Part shown: positions 20,588-29,810 of the stretch, one piece after another | Numbering within the stretch: the first letter of the stretch is position 1 | Layout of the letters: each line of letters opens with the position of its first letter | Source of the DNA: Candidatus Altimarinota bacterium | GTDB lineage: Bacteria > Patescibacteriota > Gracilibacteria > CAIRYL01 > GCA-016699755 | DNA: 64,000 bases | Assembly: GCA_963664295.1 (NCBI GenBank) | Contig: OY760935.1 | Location: 64,001-128,000 of the forward strand | Direction of reading: 5' to 3' | Position numbers and translations under genes: made by a program | The notes under the pieces: generated by a model | Seen by the model: the letters and a program-made list of their open reading frames with translations, nothing else | Told to the model about the DNA's origin: nothing | The model's database searches: none

Positions 20588-21220
20588 ATGCTCGAAAAAT
20601 ATAGTCATTATTTTTTTGACTTAGATGGCGTGTTGATTGACACAGTTGATTATTATGCTAGGACTTTTAGACAAATGGCCATTAACCTTGGTGCAAATTC
20701 AGTGCCAGATTATGATTATTTTAGAAAAAACATAGGTCTTCAAATTGAAGAATTATTATGTCCGATTGTTCCAAAAAATAGACACCCTGAAATATTACCA
20801 ATGTTTTGTGAAGTTAATACTGAGTTTCACGATGTTTCTAGTTTTCAGGAAGTTGAGGGAGCAACAGAACTTTTAAAGAAATTAAAATTTATTGGCAAAA
20901 AAATTGCAATAATTACTTCAAAAACCAAAATAGGAGTTGATTTAGTTTTAAATCATTTTGCATGGAAAGATTTAATTGATTTTTCTGTGACAGCTGATGA
21001 TGTTAATATTTTTAAGCCTGATCCAGAAGGTGTTTTAAAAACCATTAAACACTTTAAAATTTTTACTAGTAATTGTGTTTTTATTGGTGACTCAGAACAT
21101 GACGCTCTTGCTGCAAAAAATGCAAATATTGACTTTTTAGGCGTTTTAACAGGTTGTTCTTCGGAAAAAGACTGGGAAGAATTACAAGTAAAATTTATTA
21201 GCTCAATTAAATCTTTATAA
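20588..21220 (+). CDS. HAD-superfamily hydrolase (phosphatase)
   Basis: FDLDGVLIDT, ITSK, KPDPEG, FIGDSEHD. Confidence 0.92.
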   Translation: MLEKYSHYFFDLDGVLIDTVDYYARTFRQMAINLGANSVPDYDYFRKNIGLQIEELLCPIVPKNRHPEILPMFCEVNTEFHDVSSFQEVEGATELLKKLKFIGKKIAIITSKTKIGVDLVLNHFAWKDLIDFSVTADDVNIFKPDPEGVLKTIKHFKIFTSNCVFIGDSEHDALAAKNANIDFLGVLTGCSSEKDWEELQVKFISSIKSL

Positions 21221-21296
21221 ATAAGTTTATTTTTTTATTGATTTTACTTACAAACTTATTAAATAATTTAATTATATGTTTTTATTGTGATAAAAA

Positions 21297-23513
21297 ATGA
21301 AAAAATCTTTTTTGTATATTTTATTTACTTTTTTTGCCTTGTTTTTGCAAGGCAATACTGCAAAAGCTACTTCAATGATCCCAGATGATTTTAATCCTGG
21401 CGATTTAGTCACTATTACTGGATCTGGATTTGCTAGTAAAACAAATGGTAATATTTGTTTTAATGATGATTTACATTGTTTGCCTGATTCTTTAATAAAA
21501 ACTTGGACCGATAGTAAAATACAATTTACTGTGCCTTCAACTTACGATCTTTCAAATAAGGGCAAGATTATTGTTTATGCAGAAGTTGAATTCAAAAATT
21601 GCCCTAAGTATAGCTATGTGGAAGAGCATTGCTATTGGGATAGCAATATTATGAATGTAGCAGAGTTTAATTACAGGTTTTATCCCTACATTAGTCGTAT
21701 TAATGATCAGGAAGAAACTGTTGATGAGGACAGCACGCTCATTGGTGCTAAATCTGGCGATACTATAATCATTGAGGGTGAAGCTTTTGGTGATTCTGGT
21801 AAAGTTTTTTTTGTTGGTGATAGCGAAAAAAAAGTTCAATGGAAAACTTGGTCAGATACTGCTGTGACTGTGGTTGTACCTGACTTAAAAAATTGCAAAA
21901 GAATAGAAATAGAAAGCTCAAACGGACTAACTCATAAAATTGATTTTGAAATATTTGAAAATTTTTCCAGTGATGATTATTCCGGTTTGCAAAATTATTT
22001 AATTAACGCAAAAATTCCTGAAATGTGGGAAAATATTAGCTCAAATGAGGAAATTATTGTTGCTGTTATTGATGATGGTGTTTATTACAACCACCCTGAT
22101 TTGGCAGATAAAATGTGGAAAAATGAAGAAGAAATATTAGGAAATGGCCTTGATGATGATAATAATGGCTATATTGACGATAAGTATGGTTGGAATTTTT
22201 TTGATGAAAATAATATTATTGAAGTTCAAGGTTCACATGGCACTACAGTAGCTGGTATTATTGCTGCAAATAGAAATAATGAAATTGGTATTGCAGGCAT
22301 TGCGGATAATGTAAAAATAATGCCCATTATTGTTTGTGATGAAGAAGCTTGTTCCAATCAAGCTGTTGTTGATGCTATTTTTTATGCTGTTGATAATGGA
22401 GCAAGGGTGATCAACATCAGCCTAGGGGATAATATTATTTCTAATTTTTCAGAAATTTATAATTATCCTGTGCAATATGCATGGGAGCATAATGTAATTT
22501 TGGTTGTTTCTGCTGGCAATGGAGATTTACTCGAACAAGGCATAAACACAAGTGAATATCCTGTCTCACTTGTTTGTAATGAAAGTACACAAAACATGAT
22601 AATTGGCGTGGGTGCAAGCGCAAGTGACAATCAAAGTCGCACTGATTGGACTAACTATGGCGACTGTGTGGATATATATGCCCAAGGTGAAGGCATTGTT
22701 TCTACTACTGTTGGTGATTTTTTCTATGATATTCAAGATGGAACTTCGTTCTCTGCTCCTATTGTTAGCGGAGTTATTGCCTCTGTTTTATCTGCTTATC
22801 CAAAAATGACAAATGAACAAATATGGGATTATTTAGTAAATAGTACTGATACGCAAATACTGGATGCAGAAAAATTATTATTAGAAATTAAAAGAAGCTA
22901 TAAAGCTTTAGAAGAAAATACTGATAATAATTTAGAGGATAACAAAACAGAAGAGAGTGAAGATAGTGAATTAAGCTTTTCTGATGTTCACAAAAGCCAT
23001 AAAAATCAAGTAGCAATTAAATACATGAAGAAGCAGGGGATTATCAATGGTTATTCAGATGGCATTTTTAGGCCTAATAATTTTGTAAATAGGGCAGAAT
23101 TATTAAAATTAATAATAGAAGCTAAGTTGAACAATTTTAATAAAGACGAATACAATGAAGCTTGTTTTTCTGATATTGAAAAGGGGGATTGGTACACAGC
23201 TTATGTTTGTTATGCCAAAGAAAAAGAGTGGGTTAATGGTTATGCAGATGGCACTTTTAGGCCAAATCAAACAGTTTCTAAAGCAGAAGCCGTAAAAATT
23301 ATCTTAGTTGCTTATGGATTTGCTGTTTCAGAAGAAGCAAGTAAAACTAGCTTTGAAGATGTTGAAATTAATGATTGGTACGCAGTTTATTTAGAAAAAG
23401 CAAATGATTATGATTTTTTGGAAACAAAAACAGGTAAATATAATCCCAATAATGGCATGACAAGGGCGAATGTTAGTCAGGTGATTTATAATGTTTTGGT
23501 ATTTATGGAGTAA
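21297..23513 (+). CDS. Secreted S8 (subtilisin) serine peptidase with IPT/TIG-like N-terminus and three SLH domains
   Basis: Signal peptide; triad motifs VAVIDDG, HGTTVAG, GTSFSAP; GYSDGIFRPNNFVNRAE-type SLH repeats. Confidence 0.92.
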   Translation: MKKSFLYILFTFFALFLQGNTAKATSMIPDDFNPGDLVTITGSGFASKTNGNICFNDDLHCLPDSLIKTWTDSKIQFTVPSTYDLSNKGKIIVYAEVEFKNCPKYSYVEEHCYWDSNIMNVAEFNYRFYPYISRINDQEETVDEDSTLIGAKSGDTIIIEGEAFGDSGKVFFVGDSEKKVQWKTWSDTAVTVVVPDLKNCKRIEIESSNGLTHKIDFEIFENFSSDDYSGLQNYLINAKIPEMWENISSNEEIIVAVIDDGVYYNHPDLADKMWKNEEEILGNGLDDDNNGYIDDKYGWNFFDENNIIEVQGSHGTTVAGIIAANRNNEIGIAGIADNVKIMPIIVCDEEACSNQAVVDAIFYAVDNGARVINISLGDNIISNFSEIYNYPVQYAWEHNVILVVSAGNGDLLEQGINTSEYPVSLVCNESTQNMIIGVGASASDNQSRTDWTNYGDCVDIYAQGEGIVSTTVGDFFYDIQDGTSFSAPIVSGVIASVLSAYPKMTNEQIWDYLVNSTDTQILDAEKLLLEIKRSYKALEENTDNNLEDNKTEESEDSELSFSDVHKSHKNQVAIKYMKKQGIINGYSDGIFRPNNFVNRAELLKLIIEAKLNNFNKDEYNEACFSDIEKGDWYTAYVCYAKEKEWVNGYADGTFRPNQTVSKAEAVKIILVAYGFAVSEEASKTSFEDVEINDWYAVYLEKANDYDFLETKTGKYNPNNGMTRANVSQVIYNVLVFME

Positions 23514-23529
23514 TTTTAGGTACTAGAAG

Positions 23530-23554
23530 CAGGACGATGATGTGCATCGTCCTG
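23530..23554. terminator. Hairpin between convergent genes
   Basis: CAGGACGATG-ATGTG-CATCGTCCTG perfect 10-bp stem. Confidence 0.55.
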
Positions 23555-23630
23555 ATTGTTTGATGTGGTTATGTCGATTGCTTACGCAATGGCACAATTA
23601 CACATTTTCGTCCTGCTTCCGATCCCTATA

Positions 23631-24779
23631 TTAGGGCAAGGTGTATATTGCAACCCTTCCCTGGATGTAACTTTTTTTGTCAAAGTTTCCAGGGCTGGTG
23701 GTGATGATGCTCTTGCTGTCACTGTCAATGGTCCATCCCCAGTGTTCTCCGGGGGGAGTGTCGCTCGGAAGAGGCAGGCGGCTTTTTTGCCAATCGCCAT
23801 TCTTCCTCTCGAAGAACCAGAGTTCCCCCTTGTAGCCATCGGCGTTGTAGGCGCCGACAATGAGATTGTCACCACTGTCTTCCAGGGTGACCAAGCTGTC
23901 CATGTTGACCAGCGGGTAGGTGTTGTTGTCTTCGTGAATCCAGACAACATTACTGCCACCGACAGCAATGTAGCTGTCGCAAATGGCTGATTTTTCCCCA
24001 AAGTTTTTTGCGTATTTGGGGAGGTCTACATCTTTAACGATGACCCAGTTTGTGCCCCGTCTTTTTGCGATGCGCATGCCTTTGAGGTCATCGAAACCCA
24101 TGCCACCAACCAGGGTATCTCCCTTGATGTCAGGCATGGCGTCGATGGCGACTTCTTGTTCGAGAACAATCGCCTCAGCTTCGATCCGGAACACGTGAAC
24201 CTTGGTTCCGGAGGTGGTTACCAGTCGATTGTTATCGACCTCCATCCAGTTGCCGATGCCGTAACGTGTGTTTTTTTTGTTGACGAGTTTCTGGAAAAAC
24301 TCCCAGCCACCGGCGACAGTCTGGGTGAATACGTAGATGGCCCCGGCCTTTTCGTTTTCATGCGGGGCTCCTACGAAAATGAAAGTTTTGCCAGCTACGC
24401 GGGCGATTTCTGTCTCAGCGCCGTAACAGACGGCGCTTGTGTCTAAGCCGTTGATGATGAGTTGAGCCGTTTCTACCCAGTGGCCATTTTGATGGGTGAA
24501 AACCCAAGCGCTGTCGTTTTGCGCGCTAACAACGGCAAGGTCGCCGTCGATGACGGCACTGCAACAACCCGTGCCAGGTTCAAGGCCCTTGGGTCTAATC
24601 AAAACAGGCTGACCGAACTTGCTCGAAACTTCCTTTGCCAAATTGGCCTTTTCGATTTTCCATGGCGTTTTCCGTTGCCACAGATGTGACCCATGAATGG
24701 GTTTTTTTGCCGTGGGCGTACAGGCTGTAAGCCCAACGATTGCCACTGCGACCATTGCCAAAACGATTGTTCTCTTCAT
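23631..24779 (-). CDS. Lipoprotein with FG-GAP-like beta-propeller repeats, in a GC-rich segment
   Basis: MKRTIVLAMVAVAIVGLTAC lipobox after an AGGAG RBS; VGAPHENEKAGAIYVF and VGAYNADGYKGELWFF repeats. Confidence 0.8.
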   Translation of the reverse strand: MKRTIVLAMVAVAIVGLTACTPTAKKPIHGSHLWQRKTPWKIEKANLAKEVSSKFGQPVLIRPKGLEPGTGCCSAVIDGDLAVVSAQNDSAWVFTHQNGHWVETAQLIINGLDTSAVCYGAETEIARVAGKTFIFVGAPHENEKAGAIYVFTQTVAGGWEFFQKLVNKKNTRYGIGNWMEVDNNRLVTTSGTKVHVFRIEAEAIVLEQEVAIDAMPDIKGDTLVGGMGFDDLKGMRIAKRRGTNWVIVKDVDLPKYAKNFGEKSAICDSYIAVGGSNVVWIHEDNNTYPLVNMDSLVTLEDSGDNLIVGAYNADGYKGELWFFERKNGDWQKSRLPLPSDTPPGEHWGWTIDSDSKSIITTSPGNFDKKSYIQGRVAIYTLP

Positions 24780-24991
24780 TTGTTGCTTCTCCTGTGTTGG
24801 TTTTGTGTGTTGAATTTTGTGAAATGGTTTTTTGTAGCGCTTTTCTCCTGTTTTAGGGTAAATTGTTGTAGGCAGGACGTCTGCTCTTGTTAAAAGATAC
24901 AACGCAAACTTACGTTTGGTTTGCATTAAGCGCAGAACACTGCCTACTATTCCAATGATTTCAAAGATCGCACAATAAAGTATTGTTGAGC

Positions 24992-25020
24992 ATTTTATAA
25001 TAAAATATTTATTTTGTCAA
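24992..25020 (-). promoter_or_regulatory. Sigma70 promoter for the lipoprotein gene
   Basis: TTGACA-17 bp-TAAAAT on the minus strand; boxA-like GATCTTTGAAA at 24969-24959. Confidence 0.65.
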
Positions 25021-25085
25021 TAGTAAATAATCTTTACAAAAATATTTTTTTGTTTTAAAAAGAGAGACAAAAATTTATTTATTTT

Positions 25086-25694
25086 ATGTCCCCTGATAAT
25101 TTTTCTTGTTGTGAATTTAAACGCCAAGTTCAATTTGATTTAGAAAATGGCACACAAATCAAACAAAGTACACCAGAGCTAAATGATGCTTACGGTATAG
25201 CCATTGAAATATATCAATTGGCACAAGAAACAAAAGAAAATGTGCATGAAAAAATTCGTTATTTTTCAATTAAAATTGGTCATGTCGATCATAATGGTAT
25301 TCGCAGTTGTTTGGTTTCTGTTTTGCAAGAAGCTTTAAGTGGAAGTGAAAATTGCGAAAGTGTAAACAATAAAATACCGGAAGTTATCACTTGTATCACA
25401 CCTGGCAATGCTGTTGTTAACATTTTTGGCGAAACTGGAGTTAGAAGGTCGGTTTTGGTGACAGATGATTTTATTAAAGAACAAGAAATAATGGGCAGAT
25501 ATCGTTATTTACATGAATCAAGACGAATACTAGAGAAAGAACTCGGTGCTCCTTTGAAAAAATTTATAAATAATAAATGGCTTCGTAAAGCTTTTTATGC
25601 TGTTTTGTGTAGCTTACAACTAAAACATAAAGATTCTATCAAAGAAACCGCTTTTTATTTACGAGAAGCAGGAGAGTGGAATATTGTTGCTTAA
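25086..25694 (+). CDS. Hypothetical protein
   Basis: 202-aa ORF filling the intergenic space; no motif recognised. Confidence 0.6.
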   Translation: MSPDNFSCCEFKRQVQFDLENGTQIKQSTPELNDAYGIAIEIYQLAQETKENVHEKIRYFSIKIGHVDHNGIRSCLVSVLQEALSGSENCESVNNKIPEVITCITPGNAVVNIFGETGVRRSVLVTDDFIKEQEIMGRYRYLHESRRILEKELGAPLKKFINNKWLRKAFYAVLCSLQLKHKDSIKETAFYLREAGEWNIVA

Positions 25695-25737
25695 ATTATT
25701 TGACTTTAAAAAATAATTCTGTTAAAAATAAATCAGC

Positions 25738-25797
25738 ATGAAATTAATTATTAAAACTTTGGCTCGTCGTCGAACTCTCAAAATTCTTTGGGGGTAA
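25738..25797 (+). CDS. Arg-rich leader peptide MKLIIKTLARRRTLKILWG
   Basis: 19 codons with CGT-CGT-CGA at 25765-25773, directly upstream of argG and overlapping attenuator stems. Confidence 0.75.
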   Translation: MKLIIKTLARRRTLKILWG

Positions 25798-25857
25798 TAA
25801 TTTCATGTAATTAAAATTGTTGTTTACTCCTAAAGAGTTTTCCTTGGGAGTTTTTTT
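25774..25857 (+). promoter_or_regulatory. Transcription attenuator (1:2 protector, 2:3 antiterminator, 3:4 terminator)
   Basis: 1:2 = 25774-82/25787-95; 2:3 = 25781-97/25824-40 (17 bp, 3 G-U); 3:4 = 25826-33/25844-51 plus T6. Confidence 0.78.
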
Positions 25858-25970
25858 GATTTTGTTTAAAAAATATGAATAAAAAAATAATTTACAAATT
25901 GCGCGCCCTTTGGCGCTAAAAAAATAAATTCAAAATTAATTTAACTATTTTTAATTTTTTTAAAAAAACT

Positions 25971-27221
25971 ATGGAACAAAATACGAATTACAAAAAAATT
26001 GCTTCTCATGAAGCAAAAAAAGGCGAATTTAAAAAATGTCTTTTGCTTTATTCGGGAGGATTGGATACATCTGTGATGTTGAAATGGATACAAGAGCAAT
26101 ACGAATGCGAGCTTTATGCTCTTACTATTGATATTGGTCAATTGCACGAAGATTTGGAAGAAATCAAAGAAAAAGCTATAAAATTAGGAGCAAAAAAAGC
26201 TTTTGTTATTGACGCAAAAGAGCAATTTGCAGATGAAATTTTGTCAAAAGCAATAAAAGCAAATGCAGACTATGAAGGTGGTTATCCGCTTTCCACTCCT
26301 CTGGGCAGAGTTATTCTTTCGCAAATTGCTGTAGAAATTGCTCAAAAAGAAGGAATTGAGGTTATTGCTCATGGCTCAACTGGCAAAGGTAATGATCAAG
26401 TCAGATTTGAAAATTACATCACAACTCTTGATCCAAATTTAAAAATAATCGCGCCAGTACGTGAATGGGGAATTGGCAGAGATGAAGAAATTGAATATGC
26501 AAAAAAGCACAATATTCCAATCAAACAAACCGCAGAAACGCCATATTCTTATGATGATAATATGTGGGGTTCTACTGGCGAAGGTGGCGAAATTGAAGAT
26601 CCAAAACTAATTCCACCTTTGGAAAATATTTTGCAAGTTTGCACCTTACCAGAAAATGCACCAAATGAAAGTGAAATTATAGAAATTGAATTTCAAAAAG
26701 GCGTGCCAGTAGCTTTTGGTGGACAAAAAATGTCATTAAAAAATATTGTTAATCAGGTAAATAAGGCTGGTGCAAAGCATGGCGTTGGCATTACTCATTT
26801 AATCGAAGACAGGCTAATCGGCATGAAAGTTAGGGGAGTGTATGAAGCACCTGGTGCTGAAATTCTCATTAAAGCTCATTATAATTTGGAAAAAATTGTA
26901 AACACCAAAGATGCCAATATGCTCAAAAAAGAATTAGATGTGAAATGGTCTGATTTTTGTTATTCTGCAAAATGGTTTGAGCCAGCCCTGCAGGCAATTC
27001 ATGCTTTTCAGGACAAAATTAACGAAAGAGTTGATGGCAAAGTAAAGGTAAAATTATATAAAGGAGTAGCAACTGTGGTTGCCGTTGAATCTCCTTATTC
27101 ATTGTTCAATGCGGATTTGGCAACTTTTAATAAAAATTCTGCTTTTAATCAAAATGCTTCAGCCGGATTTATTGAGCTTTATAATCTTGCTCAAAAAACA
27201 TATTATAATGCAGGAAAATGA
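25971..27221 (+). CDS. argG: Argininosuccinate synthase
   Basis: LLYSGGLDTSV, HGSTGKGNDQVRFE, YSYDDNMWG, RGVYEAPG. Confidence 0.97.
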   Translation: MEQNTNYKKIASHEAKKGEFKKCLLLYSGGLDTSVMLKWIQEQYECELYALTIDIGQLHEDLEEIKEKAIKLGAKKAFVIDAKEQFADEILSKAIKANADYEGGYPLSTPLGRVILSQIAVEIAQKEGIEVIAHGSTGKGNDQVRFENYITTLDPNLKIIAPVREWGIGRDEEIEYAKKHNIPIKQTAETPYSYDDNMWGSTGEGGEIEDPKLIPPLENILQVCTLPENAPNESEIIEIEFQKGVPVAFGGQKMSLKNIVNQVNKAGAKHGVGITHLIEDRLIGMKVRGVYEAPGAEILIKAHYNLEKIVNTKDANMLKKELDVKWSDFCYSAKWFEPALQAIHAFQDKINERVDGKVKVKLYKGVATVVAVESPYSLFNADLATFNKNSAFNQNASAGFIELYNLAQKTYYNAGK

Positions 27222-28408
27222 ATAAACTTTGGCACATTGGTGGCGAAAAGAGTGATGATTTTGTAGACACTTTTACTGTTGGTGATGATTATTTGCTCGA
27301 TCAGGTTTTACTTTCTTATGACGTGCAAGCTTCTAAGGTACATGCAAAAATGCTTTTAAAAATGGGTACAATTAACAAAAAAGAGCATGAAGATTTACAA
27401 AAAGGTTTAGATGAAATTTTAGCTCTGCATAAGAAAGGGGAGTTTAAAATACTTCCCGAACAGGAAGATTGTCACACTGCAATTGAGCAATATTTAACAG
27501 AAAAGTGCCCAGAAGCAGGTAAAAAAATTCACACATTCAGAAGTAGAAATGACCAGGTATTAACTGCATTAAGGCTATATATGAAACATGAATTTGCCCA
27601 AATTCAAAAATTAGTGATGAATTTAATTAAGTCATTACAAAAAAAGGCAAAAAAATCTGAAAAAATTCCTATGCCTGGCTATACACATTATCAAAAAGCA
27701 ATGCCAACTGATTGTGGTACATGGTTTTTGAGTTTTGCCGATGCACTAGAGGATAATTTAAGTTTTTTGCAATCTTTGAAAAAAACAATAAACCAAAATC
27801 CGCTTGGTAGTGGAGCGGGTTTTGGTTTTCAAAATTTTAAAATTGATCGTGAGTTAACCGCCAAGGAAATGGGTTTTGCAAAAGTACAAAAAAATCCTCT
27901 TTATTGCGGTTTTTCCAGAGGATATTTTGAGTATTTGTTTTTGAATAATTTGGCACAAATTGTGATTGTTTTTTCTCGTTTTGCCAGTGATTTATTGCTT
28001 TTTTCCACGCAGGAGTTTGATTTTGTAAAATTGCCGAATAGTTTTGTGACAGGATCTTCAATCATGCCACAAAAGAAAAACCCAGATACAATTGAGATTT
28101 TACAAGGAAAAATAAGTTCTTTTTTGGCAAAAAAACAAGAAATAGAAGGAATTATTTTAAAATTATCCAGCGGATATCACAGGGAATATCAATTAATTAA
28201 AAAACCTTTTTTTGAAGGCATAAAAATAATCAAAGATTGTATTCAAATTGTGCAAATTGCTGTTGAAGAACTTGAATTTAAAGAAAATAATTTACAACAA
28301 GCAATGTCTGATGATCTTTTTGCAACAGAAAAAGTTTATGAATTAGTTAAAAAAGGCATGAGTTTTCGTGATGCTTATAAAAAAGTAAAAAAAGAATTAG
28401 GTTTTTAA
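27218..28408 (+). CDS. argH: Argininosuccinate lyase
   Basis: EDCHTAIE, RSRNDQV, MPGYTHYQKA, GSSIMPQKKNPD, FRDAY; ATGA overlap with argG. Confidence 0.96.
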   Translation: MNKLWHIGGEKSDDFVDTFTVGDDYLLDQVLLSYDVQASKVHAKMLLKMGTINKKEHEDLQKGLDEILALHKKGEFKILPEQEDCHTAIEQYLTEKCPEAGKKIHTFRSRNDQVLTALRLYMKHEFAQIQKLVMNLIKSLQKKAKKSEKIPMPGYTHYQKAMPTDCGTWFLSFADALEDNLSFLQSLKKTINQNPLGSGAGFGFQNFKIDRELTAKEMGFAKVQKNPLYCGFSRGYFEYLFLNNLAQIVIVFSRFASDLLLFSTQEFDFVKLPNSFVTGSSIMPQKKNPDTIEILQGKISSFLAKKQEIEGIILKLSSGYHREYQLIKKPFFEGIKIIKDCIQIVQIAVEELEFKENNLQQAMSDDLFATEKVYELVKKGMSFRDAYKKVKKELGF

Positions 28409-29157
28409 ATCCCAAAAAACCTTTCTGCTGTTTTAGTTGTTGTTTCCGCAATTTCTTTGAGCGAAAGGTTTTTTAGTTCAGCAATTTTATTCGCAATTTC
28501 CAAAGTATAAGCAGGTTCACACCTTTGTCCACGATGTTTTTGTGGAGCAAGAAAAGGGCAATCTGTTTCCAGCATGATTTTTTCCAAAGGAATATTTTTT
28601 ACTACCTCTTGCACCTCTTTTGCATTTGGAAAAGTGACAATGCCAGTAAAAGAAATTAATCCCCCCATTTCAATAACTTGGTTTGCAAAATCAAGATTTT
28701 CACTAAAACAATGCACAACAAAAGGAAAGTCATGATTTTTGCGTAAAAATTCCAGAGCTTCGTCATGTGCATTGCGAAGATGAACCACAACTGGCTTATT
28801 TACATTTTTTGCAAGATTTATTTGCTTCAAAAAAGATTCTTCTTGTTTTTTTCTGCTAGGATTTTCTTTGCGAAAAAAATCCAAACCAGTTTCGCCAATC
28901 CCCACTACCTTAGGGTGTTTTGCAAGTTCTTCAATTACTTCAAAATCTTTAAATTCATCATCTGGATGAATGCCTACAGTTGCAAAAACATTTTCAAATT
29001 GTTCAGCTATTTGTACTGCTTTTTTTGCTCTTTTTGCATTGCAACCAATGTTAATTATTTTATTTACCCCTTCTTTTTTTGCATTTTTTATTACTTCTCC
29101 TAAGTCACTTTTAAACTGAGGAAAATCAAGGTGAGCGTGTGTGTCTATTATTTTCAT
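28405..29157 (-). CDS. tatD: TatD family deoxyribonuclease
   Basis: IDTHAHL, GIHP, GIGETGLDF, VVHCFS, LETDCPFLAP; ATG at 29157 overlaps the upstream stop. Confidence 0.93.
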   Translation of the reverse strand: MKIIDTHAHLDFPQFKSDLGEVIKNAKKEGVNKIINIGCNAKRAKKAVQIAEQFENVFATVGIHPDDEFKDFEVIEELAKHPKVVGIGETGLDFFRKENPSRKKQEESFLKQINLAKNVNKPVVVHLRNAHDEALEFLRKNHDFPFVVHCFSENLDFANQVIEMGGLISFTGIVTFPNAKEVQEVVKNIPLEKIMLETDCPFLAPQKHRGQRCEPAYTLEIANKIAELKNLSLKEIAETTTKTAERFFGI

Positions 29158-29738
29158 TTTTTTCTTGGTAATTTTTTTAAATTTTGCCACCAGTCGTTGT
29201 ATGATTTTTCTTCTATTGCCTTGAAAAAATCTTTTCCTGTTTTGGTTTGAATATAAGGTTTTATGTTATCTAACCAGTTTTTTTTACCCTTAAAGCCTTG
29301 TTCCAAAAATTCTTTTGACTGCAGGGCTAGCTCAAGAAGGTCAGCATCACGAGCACATTTGCCCTCAATTGTTTTTTGTTCTTCGTATTCCACATAAGCT
29401 TGTTTGAATTTTTTTGCTATTTTTTCTGGCAACCTTTCACATTGATCAAAAAAAGCTCTTTTTTCTGCGTCACCAATATCAAAATAACGATTCATTATCC
29501 TGTGATGATCGCCAATTCTCGCTTCGCCATTGTCGTGAATTAGCGTAATAAAAGCCGAATGTTCACCATTGCCACCTTCCATTTCGGCAAGTACATAAGC
29601 CAGTTCTGATGCGCGAAAAACATGTTCACCAACTGTGTCCGGGCGCAAGATGCCAGCAACTAATGAGCCAGAACGAGGCATTTTTTTAAGAACAGAAAGT
29701 TCAAAAAAGAAATCAGCTATTTCATTAAAATTTTTCAT
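29154..29738 (-). CDS. HD-domain phosphohydrolase (YfbR/HDDC2-like)
   Basis: LKKMPRSG, TVGEHVFR, LIHDNGEARIGD, DADLLE; ATG at 29738. Confidence 0.88.
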   Translation of the reverse strand: MKNFNEIADFFFELSVLKKMPRSGSLVAGILRPDTVGEHVFRASELAYVLAEMEGGNGEHSAFITLIHDNGEARIGDHHRIMNRYFDIGDAEKRAFFDQCERLPEKIAKKFKQAYVEYEEQKTIEGKCARDADLLELALQSKEFLEQGFKGKKNWLDNIKPYIQTKTGKDFFKAIEEKSYNDWWQNLKKLPRKK

Positions 29739-29810
29739 AGTTTTGTTGACAAAAGCATTGTTAATAAAGATAATAATAAACCATAATTTATATTTTGTAT
29801 TTTTGATTAT

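Noticed and set aside
23556-24893. Several overlapping short ORFs in the GC-rich segment
   Set aside because: Expected from stop-codon scarcity at higher GC; the minus-strand lipoprotein has an RBS, lipobox and repeat motifs.
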